Assembly: GCA_002633005.1 (NCBI GenBank)
Contig: NMRA01000228.1
Location: 170,194-234,193 of the forward strand
Direction of reading: 5' to 3'
Source: Phoronis australis
Taxonomy: Eukaryota; Animalia; Phoronida
Length of the DNA: 64,000 nucleotides
The notes under the pieces were generated by a model. It was not told where the DNA came from and searched no databases. It saw only the letters and a list, made by a program, of their open reading frames with translations. The position numbers and the translations under genes were made by a program. Shown piece by piece: positions 1 to 33,807 of the stretch. Numbering within the stretch: the first letter of the stretch is position 1; each line of letters opens with the position of its first letter.

Positions 1-800
1 TACTCAAAATGGCAATAAACTTGCGTGACGTCCAAAAAGCAAATTTTTGATGTAGACTTCTTACCATTATTACCAAGGAACAATTTGATACCAATTTCAT
101 AACTTAGGTGTTATTAATCAAAAGTTGTTTTTTGTGACGGAAGGTTATATATATATATGTACACTTTAGTCAAAAGTATATTCGTGTTAAGTGTATTCAG
201 TTGACATCTTGAAGTGTTGTGTGATGTTGTACTAAGCTGAGACGTATTCGTCTGCAAGTTTTACTTTTGACCAAAGTGTCACAATAAAGTGTGCTGTCGA
301 ATACCAGTTATCTGCTACTTAGTTGTCAATTGGATTAAACTTATGCTGTATCACAAGTTCACCTTACTTGCATATGTCATGAATATTAATACATATGGGT
401 TCCCTTGTTGTTCACAGTTGCCTCTAGACAGCTCATTGCATTATCAATTGTTTAGTTGCGTAAAGAACGTAAAATCAGTTCATGACAGTCAGTTAACTCT
501 ATGGTTGCTTAAGAAATTGATAATCAGAATCTAGGTTTAAAGCTGTTTGAGACTACGATGTAGATATGATTAACATACTAGAATGTTACTGTACAGTTGT
601 TAACTAGTGATTTTGATTATACATAGCTGAGTCAACTGTCTCCAACAGATGAAATTAATAATTCAATTGCAGGGCTTCAGATCCCCCAACAATTGATTAT
701 CAACCTATTTTGAAGTGAGTGCATATTTACTCAAACTGTAAACAAAACTTTTCAACATTCATTTGACTGTTGTTAGTTACACTGTTGTTGTGTTTTTCAG

Positions 801-1555
801 AATTGAGAAGGTGATTGATGACTTGGAAGAAATCAAGGAACAAGTACTAGGGGGAGCCTCTACAGACCTGGCATCATCTACTGAGAATCTCAAGGGCTCC
901 TTTGATGGGCAGAGGTTAGCATGTTGTTGTGCAATTTGTGTCAGAATATGCACCTCTAATGGCCACATTGGTTTTATTATTAATAGCCTAATTATTAACA
1001 TTGAATTACTGGACACCTCTAAAAGTATACCGTTGATACAGGTGGTCACATACAGCTATCAAGTGAATGGTTTGTCTTGCAACTGTTTTTTTTTGGATTT
1101 GCGGGCACAAGCATTATAAAGCTACTGAAGTGTCTTGCATTATTCCTTTAGCTTGAATTTTGTTGCATTCAATTTGTTTCTTAATTCCCAGTTCATAAAA
1201 AATCTGTTTACATTTTTTCTGCAATGCCAAACATTTGAATGATACTTCTTTTGCAATACGGTGTTGCTAAACTGTTGTGGTGACATAGCCAATTCTTGGC
1301 AATATGTTCTGAGAGCACTTGTTAATCATGATTTTGAGTCTGGATTTTTCCCAGTTGTGGGCATGCTCCATAATCCCTGTAAATGGCATCATTAGACCCA
1401 ATGGCTTTTTCTCTTTCAGCTCGTTTCCTGAAGCTGAGCTGCTCAATAAGCAGCTGTTGGCTCTTGAGCAGAAGTTCCAACAACATTATGAGGTTCAACA
1501 GCAGCAGTACGAAGCATTGATAAAACTTCTACAGGAGAAGGCCACGGTCATGTGA
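801..1555 (+). CDS. 3' end (last two coding exons, 801-914 and 1420-1555) of an unidentified gene with a coiled-coil-like C-terminus
   Basis: Exon 801-914 (ttttcag|A...GGGCAGAG|gttagc, phase 2-2) joins exon 1420-1555 (ctttcag|C TCG...ATG TGA) in frame: IEKVIDDLEEIKEQVLGGASTDLASSTENLKGSFDGQSSFPEAELLNKQLLALEQKFQQHYEVQQQQYEALIKLLQEKATVM*. Heptad-like L/Q/E pattern. Upstream exons lie outside the window or were not recognised. Confidence 0.75.
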
Positions 1556-3996
1556 ACCGTGCTGTTAGTGTGTGTGTACTGTCCAGAGACACCTATTGTT
1601 GAATACAACAAAATGGGGGTGCAAGTGTAGAAAAATGGCTCAATCCGGGGTTGTATTCTCACTTTAGTTGCTTTTAGCCGAAGTTATGGTTCGTACTTAA
1701 GGAACTTATATTACTATTCTATTATACCACTTTCTTGTTACTTATTTGGGTTGGTGGAAGGTTTTTGATGTTTTTGCATAATGGCCTCTGGATATAATGC
1801 ATTGTCTCCTATATTATTTGAGAGCAGTATATTACAATCTTTGAGCAGGGTTATCCAGTGTGAGAACACATCAGAAATAGTCATGTTATCGGCACACTCA
1901 CTTCATGTTTAAGAATGGGTTCTTGGACGAGACGCAGAATATAACTTGTGATGATGTTTTAGTAACAGTTTGTTTCTCACTAAGGATTAACACAGGCATC
2001 AGGAACTATGATGTTATCTCTATGTCATGTATGGCTTGGAATGACCAATGACAGACAAATAGGAAAAATTTCTAGGTGACGTATCATTCTTAAGTAAATA
2101 AGGTTGTGTGATAGAATTGTTTTGTAGTGTTGTAAAAGTTAACTGAAATAAACGTTTTTGCATGAATGAAGCCCTAATAATGATAAAACAGACATGAACA
2201 AACAGGAAACTGGAAATCAAATGAGAGGAAGTTGAAACCAAAAAAGAGGAAATCCTCTTAAAAGAGGAAAATTCCAAGCCCTGATCATGATTGTCAACAG
2301 TTGTCTATGACTTTATAGCTTTACAGTTAGAGTGGCAGCGAAGAAGTACAACTGGAGAAGATTTTAATAATTAAACAGATTTCAAAATTATCTTGCAAGT
2401 TGTGTGGTATTTGCTATATTTAGTCAGTTTTGTGGTGTATAAATGGCTTTTCCATTGTTTGAAACCTGGCCTGTTTTGACTGACAAAATGTTTGTATAAG
2501 AATCATTAGTGCCATCAACGCCAAATACAAGTACTTTCTAAGTACTTTTGTGCAGAGAAGAGCAATAATTGCATTAGAGGTGATTGCACTGCAGTAACAC
2601 ACTGGCTGCAATAAGTGTGTAAAGCATGGTAGATAATTGGTGTGCAAACCACATGTCTGACAAGACTGTTGGAATGGTTAATGATATCTTGAGTTGGCAG
2701 TAAGACATATTAATGGTCATATTGTGAAATAGTTTGCTGCTTGCCATGGTTCCGACTTAATTCTGAGAATTTTATATCTGATGTTGAATCGTTTTCACTA
2801 AAACCATCCCTTTACTTCAGAATTTTTTATATTTTATTTTTGCTTAAGTTGTGTTACATTAGTTGGCAGGTCCATCAAACCATTGAAATTTTGTTTTTAA
2901 CTAGTTGTAACATGGAATTAGTGCCATACGATTCTGTTTTTGTGTAATTTTGGAACCGCTGTGCATTTTATACAACTCTGTACCTATTGCATTAGATTGT
3001 ACTCACGCATCCTGGGATCACAACTAGTGCAGCTATTATGTGGGGACACAAATGTTTAATGGCAAGATTTTGATTTTGATACTGCATTCATCTGAATTAA
3101 AGTAACGAGGAGCTTGTAAAGTTTGTGATTCCAGGGTGGATCTCGTAGACATTCTCAAACTTAATTATCATCAGTTACTTATAATTACTAAAACACATGC
3201 TATGACAATGTATGGCAATGCCGAGGTGTTTTCTCTGTGCAGTCTCGCATTATTCCATTAGTTCCAGTACCCAACAATTTGTGCCAAAATTTCTTTTAAT
3301 ATCAACTGTTGACCCGCCATTTTATTTTGTTCTGTCAAGTTTCATAAAGCTGTACAATTGCATCAGCTAATGTCTCAAAACACCAAGATCATTGTAATTT
3401 TGACCAATAAGAAATGTGTGAAATTATGGAAATGTCTCCACATTGCAAAAAGCTTTTTAACAAATCGCCTTTTTCTGAAGTGGAAGCAATGTGTACTTTA
3501 CTCCCATGTTTGTTTTATTGAATCAAAGCACAGCCGTAACACATTATCAATCTCAACACAACCACTGTCAACAAAATTTGATATTTTTAGAAAAGGCTGC
3601 AACTGTCAGTTAATGCAATTAGTGTCAATGTAAATGACATGGACAACATGGAGTCTATGTTAGCCATATTGCCACCATGTTTAAGATAGTGTTGGAGAAA
3701 CGTAAGCTTGAAGGCTTGTTGATACTGTAAAACTGTCCTAAGTCAGATCCAACAACACCAAATGAGTATTAACTGAAATCTGACTTATTTGAAGGGTCAA
3801 CTGTATGAACTAGAACCCCACTGCCAAACATTGCTCAAGTTTAGCAAAAATTTAACTTGTGAAAGTTTTACTGCAGTTCAGAAAGGAATTTATTAGTTGT
3901 ATATAGTGGGATTCTCATTGTAAGACATTACTGTTATTGTTGCACGGTTCAGTTATTGTAAGTACTATTGTTGCAGCTGATCACAGCAGGACTGTC

Positions 3997-4002
3997 AATA
4001 AA
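3997..4002 (+). terminator. Candidate polyadenylation signal (AATAAA) of the upstream + strand gene
   Basis: AATAAA at the end of a ~2.4-kb T-rich stretch after the stop at 1555; strand composition switches to A-rich just downstream. Confidence 0.4.
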
Positions 4003-4095
4003 AGAGCAAACTGATGCTTCAAATTTGTAATGTGCACTCACAAGGTATTAGTTATCCACATACTATATCATAGACAACCAAATTTACACATTATC

Positions 4096-4101
4096 TTTAA
4101 T
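4096..4101 (-). terminator. Candidate polyadenylation signal (ATTAAA) of Miro
   Basis: ATTAAA on the - strand ~520 nt after the Miro stop, followed on the - strand by GT-rich ttggttgtct. Confidence 0.4.
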
Positions 4102-4621
4102 ACGGTTTAAAGCCAAACATATCTGAAATTGAATGCCCATACTATTTGCCACTCAACACAGAAAGCGCTTTAACTATGAAAATATGGTAGCTACATACAG
4201 AGATAAAAACAAAATTAAAAACTTTTGAATTTAAAACACGACTACTGGAGTAGGACGTAATTACACCTGAGGTCAAACAATTGCCATTAACACCAACACT
4301 CAAACTTTTTAATTAATTTTTAATTACCTTGTGAAGTGTGCTACATTTCTTACTTAGGCCAGTCGACAGAATTTCTACATCAGCACTGCACAGTCATATG
4401 GGAAAGGTATGAATCTGAACAGATTGGCCTTAAGATATCCTATACTTATAAATTGGAACGTGGAAGCTCTTCAATATGTACGATATAGGTGATTGTGAAA
4501 ATAAGCTTGAAATACAAGTCTGCAATTCTGAAGTACTAACTATTCCTTAAAAATTCCAGCTTATAAAACGTGTCTTTGTGTCTGGCAGTTGAGTGCAAGC
4601 ACCCCTCTTAGCAGCTATTGT

Positions 4622-24178
<19,557 letters not shown>

Positions 24179-24179
24179 T

Positions 24180-24930
24180 GGTACAGTTGTTGGGTCAAAA
24201 ACTCTGCATCAGAAGTAATGGTATGCCAAATTTCAAACTTTGTTCAGAAAGTTTTGGTGACAGAGATTATGGCAGATATACTGCGAATCTGAGGCAGAGG
24301 TTCAAAAGCCGGGCAAATGACACAACGTGTCGCCTGCTGCAGTGCTGGCTAGGGCGCTTGCTGGTCAGGTCAAGTCGCGATCACATTCACAGACAGAATC
24401 AACTGACAACACTTATTCGTCGGTAACGACTTGATGTTTTATGGACGCAGGCCATTAAAGCTGCGAGAGAACACAGTTAATATTAGGGTATCTACTGACG
24501 GTGATGATCTCAGTGGAAGCTACAGTAGACAACTATGATCTCCCGAACCAATCTCTGGCCAGTTTCTGGTTCCTGACCCAAATCGTAAGTCGGATAGAAG
24601 GATTACCCACAAGGCGCGTGCCTGTAAATAATCCAATCAGCAACGCCGTAACATTTTATTTTGACCTTTTGGAAACTAAGTTCATTCATCAAGCTTTCTT
24701 CGAATAAAGGTTTTGATCCACCTGCCAATTTTTATGTGTACCAGAATTTGAATTTCGGATCATATGTATTTTTTATTTAACTTGAATAAATTATGGAATT
24801 TTAATACATAAATCTTCAACGCGCGAACATTTCGAATGTCGTATTTCTGTCGCTCTCTGTTTACAAGTTTGAAGAGCCAAGAGTTGTGAAGTTCGTCTGT
24901 TGTCAGTGTTGGAAAAGAGTTGTAAGATTT
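24180..24930. promoter_or_regulatory. Probable bidirectional promoter region between Miro (-) and the WD40 gene (+), with a candidate non-coding first exon ending at 24921
   Basis: CpG-richer segment immediately upstream of the Miro ATG. Candidate + strand donor TT|GTAAGA at 24922. The first coding exon of the WD40 gene (33794) begins with an acceptor, so an upstream UTR exon is required. Assignment is inference. Confidence 0.4.
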
Positions 24931-26186
24931 ATTGAATTAAGATGTATTCACGTTGTGCATCATAGATTTCTGTTTAGTAGAATGATTTTGAATATGTACG
25001 TCACCTAGCACAAATTTTACGCTCACTAATTTCAGTGCTACGCGTGAGCAGCAGCCATCCTTGTCAGCTAATTTATATTTAGGACCTACCGTCTGTGTCC
25101 CCCTTCCGAGCCATTCGTTTCAGTTCCGAGACACTTGGCAGCAGATATTAGATTAGTAGATATTTAAAGAACCTTGAAGAAACAATTAAACTTATCTCAT
25201 TGTCAGAAAGTGTTGCTCTTGATTTGTCTTTGCATCAATCGTGGAAGTTGTAGCGTGACACTGACAGAGTGATTGATACCTGATTTTTGGTAGTTTCTGC
25301 CTGACATAGTTACTTGATCTATACTGTCTATAGCTAGGCCTACACAAATCGTGAAGTTTAAGAAATAAATAAATTTTTAGTCGAAACAAATACCTTATGT
25401 GGTGAATTTAGTTGCGATCAAAAGAATTGACAGTTCAAGAGGTAACAGATAATTTTCATATTAATGTAAACTATTGATTAATGGCTGTAACATCATGAAA
25501 AAACAATAAAATATATTATTAGTATTTACTACATGATGCCCATAATTAAATATATATGGTTTGCTAGGAAGAATGATTATTCACAAAACTTTTCATTGGA
25601 ACTTCTTGTTGAGGTTCATGTTATTCAGGTCGGCCACGAGAGGGACATATTACTTTTTCACGCGGCTCTTACCTCTCCAAATCTCAAAAATGAAAGTCAT
25701 AAAAGGTGTTTGATTTTAGTGTCTGGAGCTGACATTGTAGGTGAGTCAAAACAGGGTATTATGACCTATTTTTAGTTAATTTTACGACATATCCTTATCG
25801 TCAAAAAGCAGAAGAAACTTTCTACTAAGTACGAACTGTCGCTCATTAGCGTTGTAGGTTTGATTCTGGTTTGGATCTGACTATGCTTACAATAGGTATG
25901 TTACAAAGGCAGTGGCGGAACCTAGCAGCTGTTGAAAAATTAACCCTTACGGATTCTAGACACTAATGTGATATCCGTTCACTTCATTATTGATATAGTT
26001 TCGCAGATGGTCGAATTGTCTCTTGGATGCTTAAAAGGTTTAACATTTGAAGTATTTGTCTGTAAAGTTTCACCCCGACATTTTAAATTCTAAGTAGGTA
26101 AAAGTTTTCTACTTCCACTGGTTCAAATCCCTCGGCCATATTTTTTCTTATGTTGAAATGACATCTTGTGTGGATGAAGAGAATAT

Positions 26187-26426
26187 GGGTCTGTTCCAAG
26201 AAACTGACTTAAGTTCATTTTTGACTTATATCTAAGATTGGTCTTAACTTCCATACTTTGAAACTTCCACATCCGGTAAGATAGTTAAAATTAAGACAAA
26301 ACTTTTATCAAAAACCTAATTCAAACTTAAGATCTCTTTCTTGAAATTTAAGTTTTATCTTAAAATTTACTAAAATTTAAGATTTGTCTTAGCTAAGTCT
26401 GACTCAGTTTTGTTGGAACGGGCCCC
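26187..26426. mobile_element. PIF/Harbinger-like MITE
   Basis: Imperfect TIRs GGGTCTGTTCCAAGAAACTGA...TCAGTTTTGTTGGAACGGGCCC; internal CTTAAG-rich repeats. Confidence 0.55.
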
Positions 26427-28679
26427 TTGTCCATATGTTCAGTCAAAATACATTTTTATGCTTTTAAGTCTTCTTCACTTACTTTAAATAGTTATTTATA
26501 GAGATTGTGAAGTAATTTTATATATTGTGATAGAATCTTTTAGATAATTGGTTTGTCACACTTTTGTTCAGAATATTGGCTGCCGAGTTCTAGTAGGTGA
26601 TCTGTGCTGTTCAATCTTCATTATGGCATAGCAAAGGGGGGTGGGGGTACCAAAAATAGATGGAAGAATGGGAAAAAATTATTACCATTGAGAGGATGCA
26701 TCATTACCTTACCCTGGGGCTGTGATACACCTTGCTATGCCACTTCAGACAAATGCATGGATTTATGAGCATATACTATCAAGTTCACACAAGTATTGCT
26801 TCCTGTATCAAAGTAAAATGAAAGTTTTTGTACACAATGGGGACACATTTGCAGCACAACTGGACAAAAAAAGTTTTAAATGATGTTATTTTTATCCAGT
26901 TTGGTTTACAAATAACGAAGCTGCATATTTTGGTTTACAAATAACGAAGTTGCATATACAGTTTTGTAAAGATAAATTCAGAAAGTATGGCACTTTTTGC
27001 TCCGGCATAAACGGAATCTATTTTTAAACTACAAAGTTGTCAATATTTCTAAGTATATTGGTCAAAGGTACACTCATTGTTTTTAAGCTCTGGTTAAGCG
27101 TAATTGCATGGGCACCTTTTTCAAAGTCTTTTTTAGACTTTGAAAATTATTGAAACTTCTAAGGTAATAAGCTAGTGGGTCTACCACATTACAAAAACCT
27201 GTTTGGATTCAACTCCATACGATAGAGGTTAGTCCAGATATCAATCTGGGCCATTCGTAAGCCTTCGTTTGTTCACGTGCTGTTTTGTCCAGCATCAAGA
27301 CAAGCACGCCAATTATATACCAGGGTTCAAAGACTCACTAAAACTATTCATCAACAGGTACCAGAGAATCAAACCCTAATGCATCTATTTGGGTTTGTTT
27401 TCATCATTTCATTGGGTAAAAATGTCCGTAATGTAAGTTTTTACATGGAATTTAATTTCAGCGATCTGTTTCAAAAAAAAATGACTTAATCCAGAAATTT
27501 GATCTTAGGCTCCACTGACATAACAATTCTGAAAATAAGCAAAAATACAATTTCTGAGAATAAACTCATTACTATTGCTAAGATAATTAGTCTAATTATT
27601 GTGAAGTGGCAGTGTGTACGACCCAATTTCTGTCTTCAGTCTTTAGTCACTAATTTCATGAAACAGCCCTTGCAGCCAAACAATTTGAAGAATCACCAAT
27701 TTTTGTCCACGATATACGTGTATCAATTTATTTTAGCCAGATTGTATTGCTGTGAGGCCATCTTAATGTGATAATTGCTGTATTCCACACAATAGGATCT
27801 TGTATTAGATTCCCTGATAACTAATAAGTAGGCCACTTGATGCCAGCAGGAATTGAGAACAAATCTGTTGAGGAAGTACAAGGTGCCATGAAATGAGCCA
27901 AGTTTCTAATGAATGCCTGCCTTATGCAGGTTAATGGCGATCCTCATGGATAACTTGCAAATGTAGGCTGTAGTTATTGCTGGGAAATGGCGATACATGG
28001 CGTAACATTAGCCCAGACTTATATATGTCCATAAATTGTCTCCTTTGATGTTCTTTGTTCCTTCACTCTTGTAATTCAGTTACTAAATTCAATGTTATGC
28101 ATGTAATTTACTTGGCCACTTGTTAAAAATCATTTATTTACAGCCAAGTTTTCTAATGACCAGGGTCACAACTTTTTTGGCCATGTTACCTATAATTTCC
28201 ATATTTTTCAAACGGATAACTGAAAGGAAGATTCTCGCTGTTTTGGCAGTGTATTTACATCCAGTCTATTCTTGGCAGATAACTGTTTTAGGCATTTTGT
28301 TTAGTAAGCTTTGTTTCATCAATCAACTGAAACAGTAAATCAATCAGTTGAGCATTGCCATATTAGAGGAGTATTGCCTGTAGACCTTCAGCATCCACAG
28401 TCTATGCATTGCCTAAGTTGGATTATCCAGCCAGTTAGGAATTGGCTAGTATACTAGCTCTGCATGTAGACCAGTGCCAAAATACGACTAGGAAACGGTG
28501 TGGGTAAGTAGCTGGCAATTTATGCAGCTTGATTTTTCAGTCCACTCAAAATTGGTGTGCGATCCTCTGCAGTGCCTTTTTCATCAAAATGTAGCATGTA
28601 CAACCATGCGTAAAAATTTTTTTCAACTCTGACATCCAAATAACCCTTACCTTGTCCGTTATGGATGCTTTCCATGGAG

Positions 28680-30663
28680 GCCCTCAGTAAAAAAGAAACA
28701 GATAGTAAGACAAAAACAGAATTACACAATGAAAGACAAATTTAAGTAATAAGCAAAGAATAAGAAATTAACATGGAAAGACTGATGAAGCAAAATGAAA
28801 AATAAAATATGATAAGTAAAAGATAAAGAAATTAAGACAAGATAATTAACTAAAAAAATATAAACATAAATAAAAAATTAAAACAGACAATAAATAATTA
28901 ATAAAAGTAAGACATTGTATAAATAACAAATGAATAAACATGCAATTCTTAGACACTACATGGAGTTAAATCTATTTCTTATAATTCTTTTAAAGGTTAG
29001 AAAGGATGATGTAGATTTGGCATCTGCAGGGAGAGAGTTCCATAAAAAGGGCCCGCTGTAGGAAAATGATTTTTCCCAGTCTCGGTTCTGCGTTTAGGAA
29101 GATTGAAATCAGATGATGATGAGGACCTAGTATTGTAGCGATTAGTAGTCATCTTAAACTTAGCACACAAGTAAGATGGGACAAGACCTTTAAAACATTT
29201 GTACATAAAACAAGCAGATAGGGATTGATGTCTTGTGTGAATTTTCATTATACCAGTCTCTTTATGAAGGTTTTCGATACTAATATCTCTAACACCAGCT
29301 CCCAGAATAATCCGGGCAGCCCTATTTTGGATAACCTGGATGGCTTTCATATCCTTGCCTGATGCAACACCCCACACCAGGAGGCAATAACCTAGGTGAG
29401 GTTGAATGATAGCATTAAAAAGGGTTTTCAGTGTTGCTCTGTTAACGAATTTACTGATGCGTTTCAATACGCCAATTTTCTTAGACACCTTTTTCGAGAT
29501 ATAATCAACGTGGTGAGAGAATTTAAGACTTTTATCATATATAAGTCCCAGATATTTAAAGGAATTGACGTTCTCAATTGGTCTTCCATCCATACTTAAT
29601 GACAGGGGTTGGTTTCTACGTTTTTTGGATGTGCCAAATAGAGAGTTTTAGTTTTAGAAACATTTAAGGATAGTTTATTGGATACAAGCCAATCTGAAAT
29701 GATTGTTAAATCAGAGTTGAGATTGGCCTGGATTTCAGATGAGGTTCTGCCTGCATACAGTATTGTTGTGTCATCCGCATAGAGAACAATCTTAGAATTT
29801 TGAATTACTGAGGGGAGATCATTGACAAAGATGCAAAATAACAAAGGCCCCAGTATAGACCCCTGGGGAACACCTGTTTTAACGGTTTTGAGATCAGAGA
29901 TATCTTTGCCGACACGGGTAGCTTGAGTTCTGTTACAAAGATAATCCTGAAACCACTTGGCTTCCACACCGGTGACCCCATAGGCTTTAAGCTTCTTTAA
30001 CAAGATAGTGTGGTCGATGGTGTCAAATGCTTTCTTTAGATCAATAAAAACAGCACCAGTCAATAATCCTTGATCCATATTAGAATAAATGTGGTCAGTG
30101 ACGTCAATGTTAGTAGTTAATGTTGAATGGAGTGGTCGAAAACCAGACTGGGCATCAGTCAAGAGGTTGTTAGTTTGGAAGTAAGAATGAAGATGTTTGT
30201 GGACCCATTTTTCAAGGATTTTTGATATAGATGGCAAAATTGAAATGTGTCTGTAATTTTTGCAGCATGATTTGTCACCGTCTTTGAAAAGTGGAGTAAC
30301 AACGGCTGATTTCCACTCTGATGGCATCGTTGATGTTTTCAATGATAAATTGATTAGTGAAGTAATGGGCTGAGAGATTGTCTCAGCAGATAGTTTAAGG
30401 ATTTTAGTACTGATGCCATCAATTCCAGTAGCAGAATTGCCATCCCTTGATTTGAGTTGGTGGCAAACAAACTTAGCGTCAACCTCATGGTATTTAAAAG
30501 TTATATCTTCGCTGACCTGGGGTGGAAATAAATGACTAGTGTTTCCAAATTTTCGTGCGAGGTTATGGCCAATATTTGTGAAAAAGTCGTTAAAAGTATT
30601 AGTCATGACTGCGTTATCAGATGTCATGCCGTCATGTTTAATAGAAACTCTGATAACTGTCAT
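28680..30663 (-). mobile_element. 5'-truncated non-LTR retrotransposon (L2/CR1-group LINE): RT domain and C-terminal ORF2, frameshifted near 29600, with an AT-rich 3' UTR
   Basis: ORF 29596-30663 contains WKSAVVTPLFK, NYRHISILP, QSGFRPLHST, VFIDLKKAFDTIDH, GVPQGSILGPLLF, LYADDT and LSLNVSKTK. ORF 28997-29593 continues with FKYLGLIYD, IQVIQNRAARII and GLVPSYL. No endonuclease domain is present. Confidence 0.93.
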
Positions 30664-32861
30664 TTTGTTACAACTCTTGCTTTTTTGGTAAAGAAATGTT
30701 GGACATTGATTTTAAAACATTACACTTGTGACAAACAATCAGGTGCCATTTGCTTGGTAAAGTAACATCTATTGGGATATGAAGCAAAATAATCCTCAGA
30801 ATTTCAGCCTGCTGATAATAAAATATTCAAAACAACTAACAAGGTGCATCCATTAATGGTAATCAGTTGTGAGCTATGATCAAACTTGTGAAAATAGTAA
30901 CGTGGCTTGAATGATCACCAAAAACAGAATTCAGGTTTTGGATTTTATCAAAACTCCATACAGCGGCTAATCTAAAAGGAATGCACATACTATAGTGTTG
31001 CTGCATTTGCTCAATTTTGTGAAAAGTCTGCTTCTGCTTGATTAGAAATGCAGCATCTTGAATGTCATCAATAGATTTCTACAAGAACTACTGGCATTGG
31101 CAACCTGGGGTATAAACATCACCAACACTGGATCCAGGTTCTTTTGTGTGCATTATAGCATCACTTCACATGAGCATAAAACACTATGGTTCCATTGGAG
31201 ATTAGTATATCTTAAGGAAGTCAGTCAACAAAAGACTGAGGAAACATTTAACAATGGACTTCTTTGATGTCTGGATTTAGAAATGGCTGTGGCCTGGAGT
31301 TGACACTATCCCTGCATGTGTTCAAACCAACTAAATCCAGCTTCAAGGCTTAGGCCTACAATAGTTGTAACTGTTACATAATCATTACAGTCCACACCAA
31401 CTGTTAAAACTAGAGTAGTTTGTGGTTTTAGTGGCCTGTGGTCAGTGCTATGGCTTTTTGGTGCATAACAGTTAATGCCATGGTGCACCATTTGTTCCAA
31501 TGGAATTTGGCAGCAATGTCAATTACCCAGTTACAATGGTTATAACCTCTTGCTCTCACTGAGGGTCATGTAACAGTGCTACTGTTTAACTTGTGAGGTG
31601 TTCAGGCCAAGAGCTATATTTAAGTTATAACACTTTGGATTATGAACAAGGCATATGACAGATGTTTGTGATGTGGCCTGCTCACAACAGTAGCTGCGTC
31701 CTCATGTATTTAAAAATCCAAGAAATTCTGCAAAAATCTTTAGCTATTTCCACTAATCTGATAAGTCCTATGACAATTTGATCAATCCCATCAAGTTATG
31801 TTACCCCTGTTGGCAAGCCTTGAAAATGCAATTTTCAGACATACCCAGCATCTGTTAACAGATTGACTAGCCAAGGACAGATAACATCAATGTGACAATA
31901 AACCAACAAATAAGGCAGGGCAATAGGCAGTCTGAATTCAGATAACACACACCACTGAGTAAACAAACCCAGCTACTCAGGAATATTTTTCAGGATTTAT
32001 TTCTGGCAAAGTTTATGAAACTGAGAATCTGTCCTATGAATAAACAGATTTTCTTGGTGAAAATTTCTTATCTGAGATTATTTCTAGCAATTTTTGCATG
32101 GAAACAGCTCTGATTTAGAATATCTACAATTTTGTTCCAACTAAGTTAAAGTTTTATGTCTGTGGTCTGAATGAACAGTTATGTTTTTTGTTCTGTATGT
32201 GTAACTACCTCCTGCATGCTGCTTTTACACGAAGCAAATTTCACCGTTGGGTTTTATATTTGCTGCCGCGGCAACTCTTATTCCCTGAACAGGATCATTG
32301 TTCATTGTTTGCTTTAGATTTTCGAAGCATTTACATTGAAGAATCAATACTTTTGTTTATTTTACATTTCTATCATTGATTCATACTCCAATGTCAACAG
32401 TTGAGTTGCCTGTGAATTTTTCTTTCCTCCTCAAAACTGATACCTGGCTAGTGGCTGTGTATCTATTTGATTCGCTGGAGCTGGGTAATAAGTCTGCGCT
32501 GTGCAACATTCCAGGTTTCATGAGATAAGAAGTCTGATACGAATCAATTAATCTTTGTATTATTAATTAATGATTGTGATTTATCTTGGGGGGGGGTGAG
32601 GGGAAGGGGGTTGATGTATGGATTCACCATGACCGAGATTTTCTCTGTCACCGAGTTTACTCAAGCTAAGTTAGCCTTAAACCTGTGCTTTCTGTCAAAA
32701 AGTAAGTTTGGGCTTAGGCTGCCACCTACCATTACAAAATTGTTCTTACTTATCTTGTCCCTATGTAGAAGTGATCTACAATCCTGGAAAGAAGTGATAG
32801 TTTGTTGGTTTGTTGTTACTTCAAACCAAGCTCACTAATTTTCAGGTCACTGAACTAAAGT

Positions 32862-32999
32862 TTTTCACTGGTGAAAACCATTAGCATTTTAGCCAGACAG
32901 GCATGCATGTCATTTTTCACTGGTGAAAATATTAGCATTTTAGCCAGACAGGCATGCATGTCCTTTTTCACTGATGAAAACATTAGCATTTTAACCAGA
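32862..32999. repeat. ~50-bp tandem repeat x3
   Basis: tttttcactggtgaaaa..attagcattttagccagacaggcatgcatgtc repeated. Confidence 0.85.
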
Positions 33000-33807
33000 A
33001 AGGGTGTTATTGTAAACCACCAGCTAAATACAATGACAATAGGTCAATAAAATACAAATTCTTCATATTTTAATACATTTTCGTTTTATCACTAAATTTG
33101 TACGCAAACTCTGATGGCAAAGTTGAACGCTAGTCGTGGTACGTTTAACTCTTGACAAGTGGTCTCATCCACTAATTAGTTTTATTTTGCTGTTTAACAA
33201 CCGTAAACAAAACATGCAGATTTTGTAAAGGTTTTCAGATGGAAAACTCTGTCCTTCCATGAGCAGCAATCTTGCTGGGCACCTCGTCATTGTTTAACCG
33301 TGTATCTACTGGAAAAGTTGTAACTGTTGTAACCTGTTTTATTTGATGTGAAGGCAACAGTAACTGAATTTTGATTGTTGTTCCTGCACATTCATTTTTT
33401 ATAGAGTTTTAAATATATGACCTGGGTCATTTTAAGAAAAAAGCAAAATAGGCACCGAATCATTATTTGTAGCCTTAAATTAATGTGCCATTTATATTTG
33501 TAGCCCGGGCTTAAAAATGTTTGCAATTTGCTGTATGTGTTTACAAATTATGTAATTAATGTGTTTGAGTTACTTTTGAATGGGGTTAGTGCATTTTTGA
33601 TTGCATTTGGTTTGATTTATAATTAATGATCCTTAGTCACATTGCGGTTTGGTAATTGTTCACAAAACCATGAAAAATCTATGTGCTGAAGGGATGGATG
33701 TTTCTGTGTTTGTACATTTAAGAATTTTTAATGCAGTTGTCACTGTATGTGTTGCTAGTTGGGTCATTACTTTAATTTTTTGTTTGTTTCAAGGTTTTTG
33801 GGCTATC

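Noticed and set aside
162-280. 18-bp inverted repeat (ACACTTTAGTCAAAAGTA / TACTTTTGACCAAAGTGT)
   Set aside because: Probably the centre of a degraded palindromic MITE cut by the window edge; ends cannot be defined.
26115-26140. GGTTCAAATCCC B-box/tRNA-like motif
   Set aside because: No A-box or cloverleaf; at most a SINE remnant.
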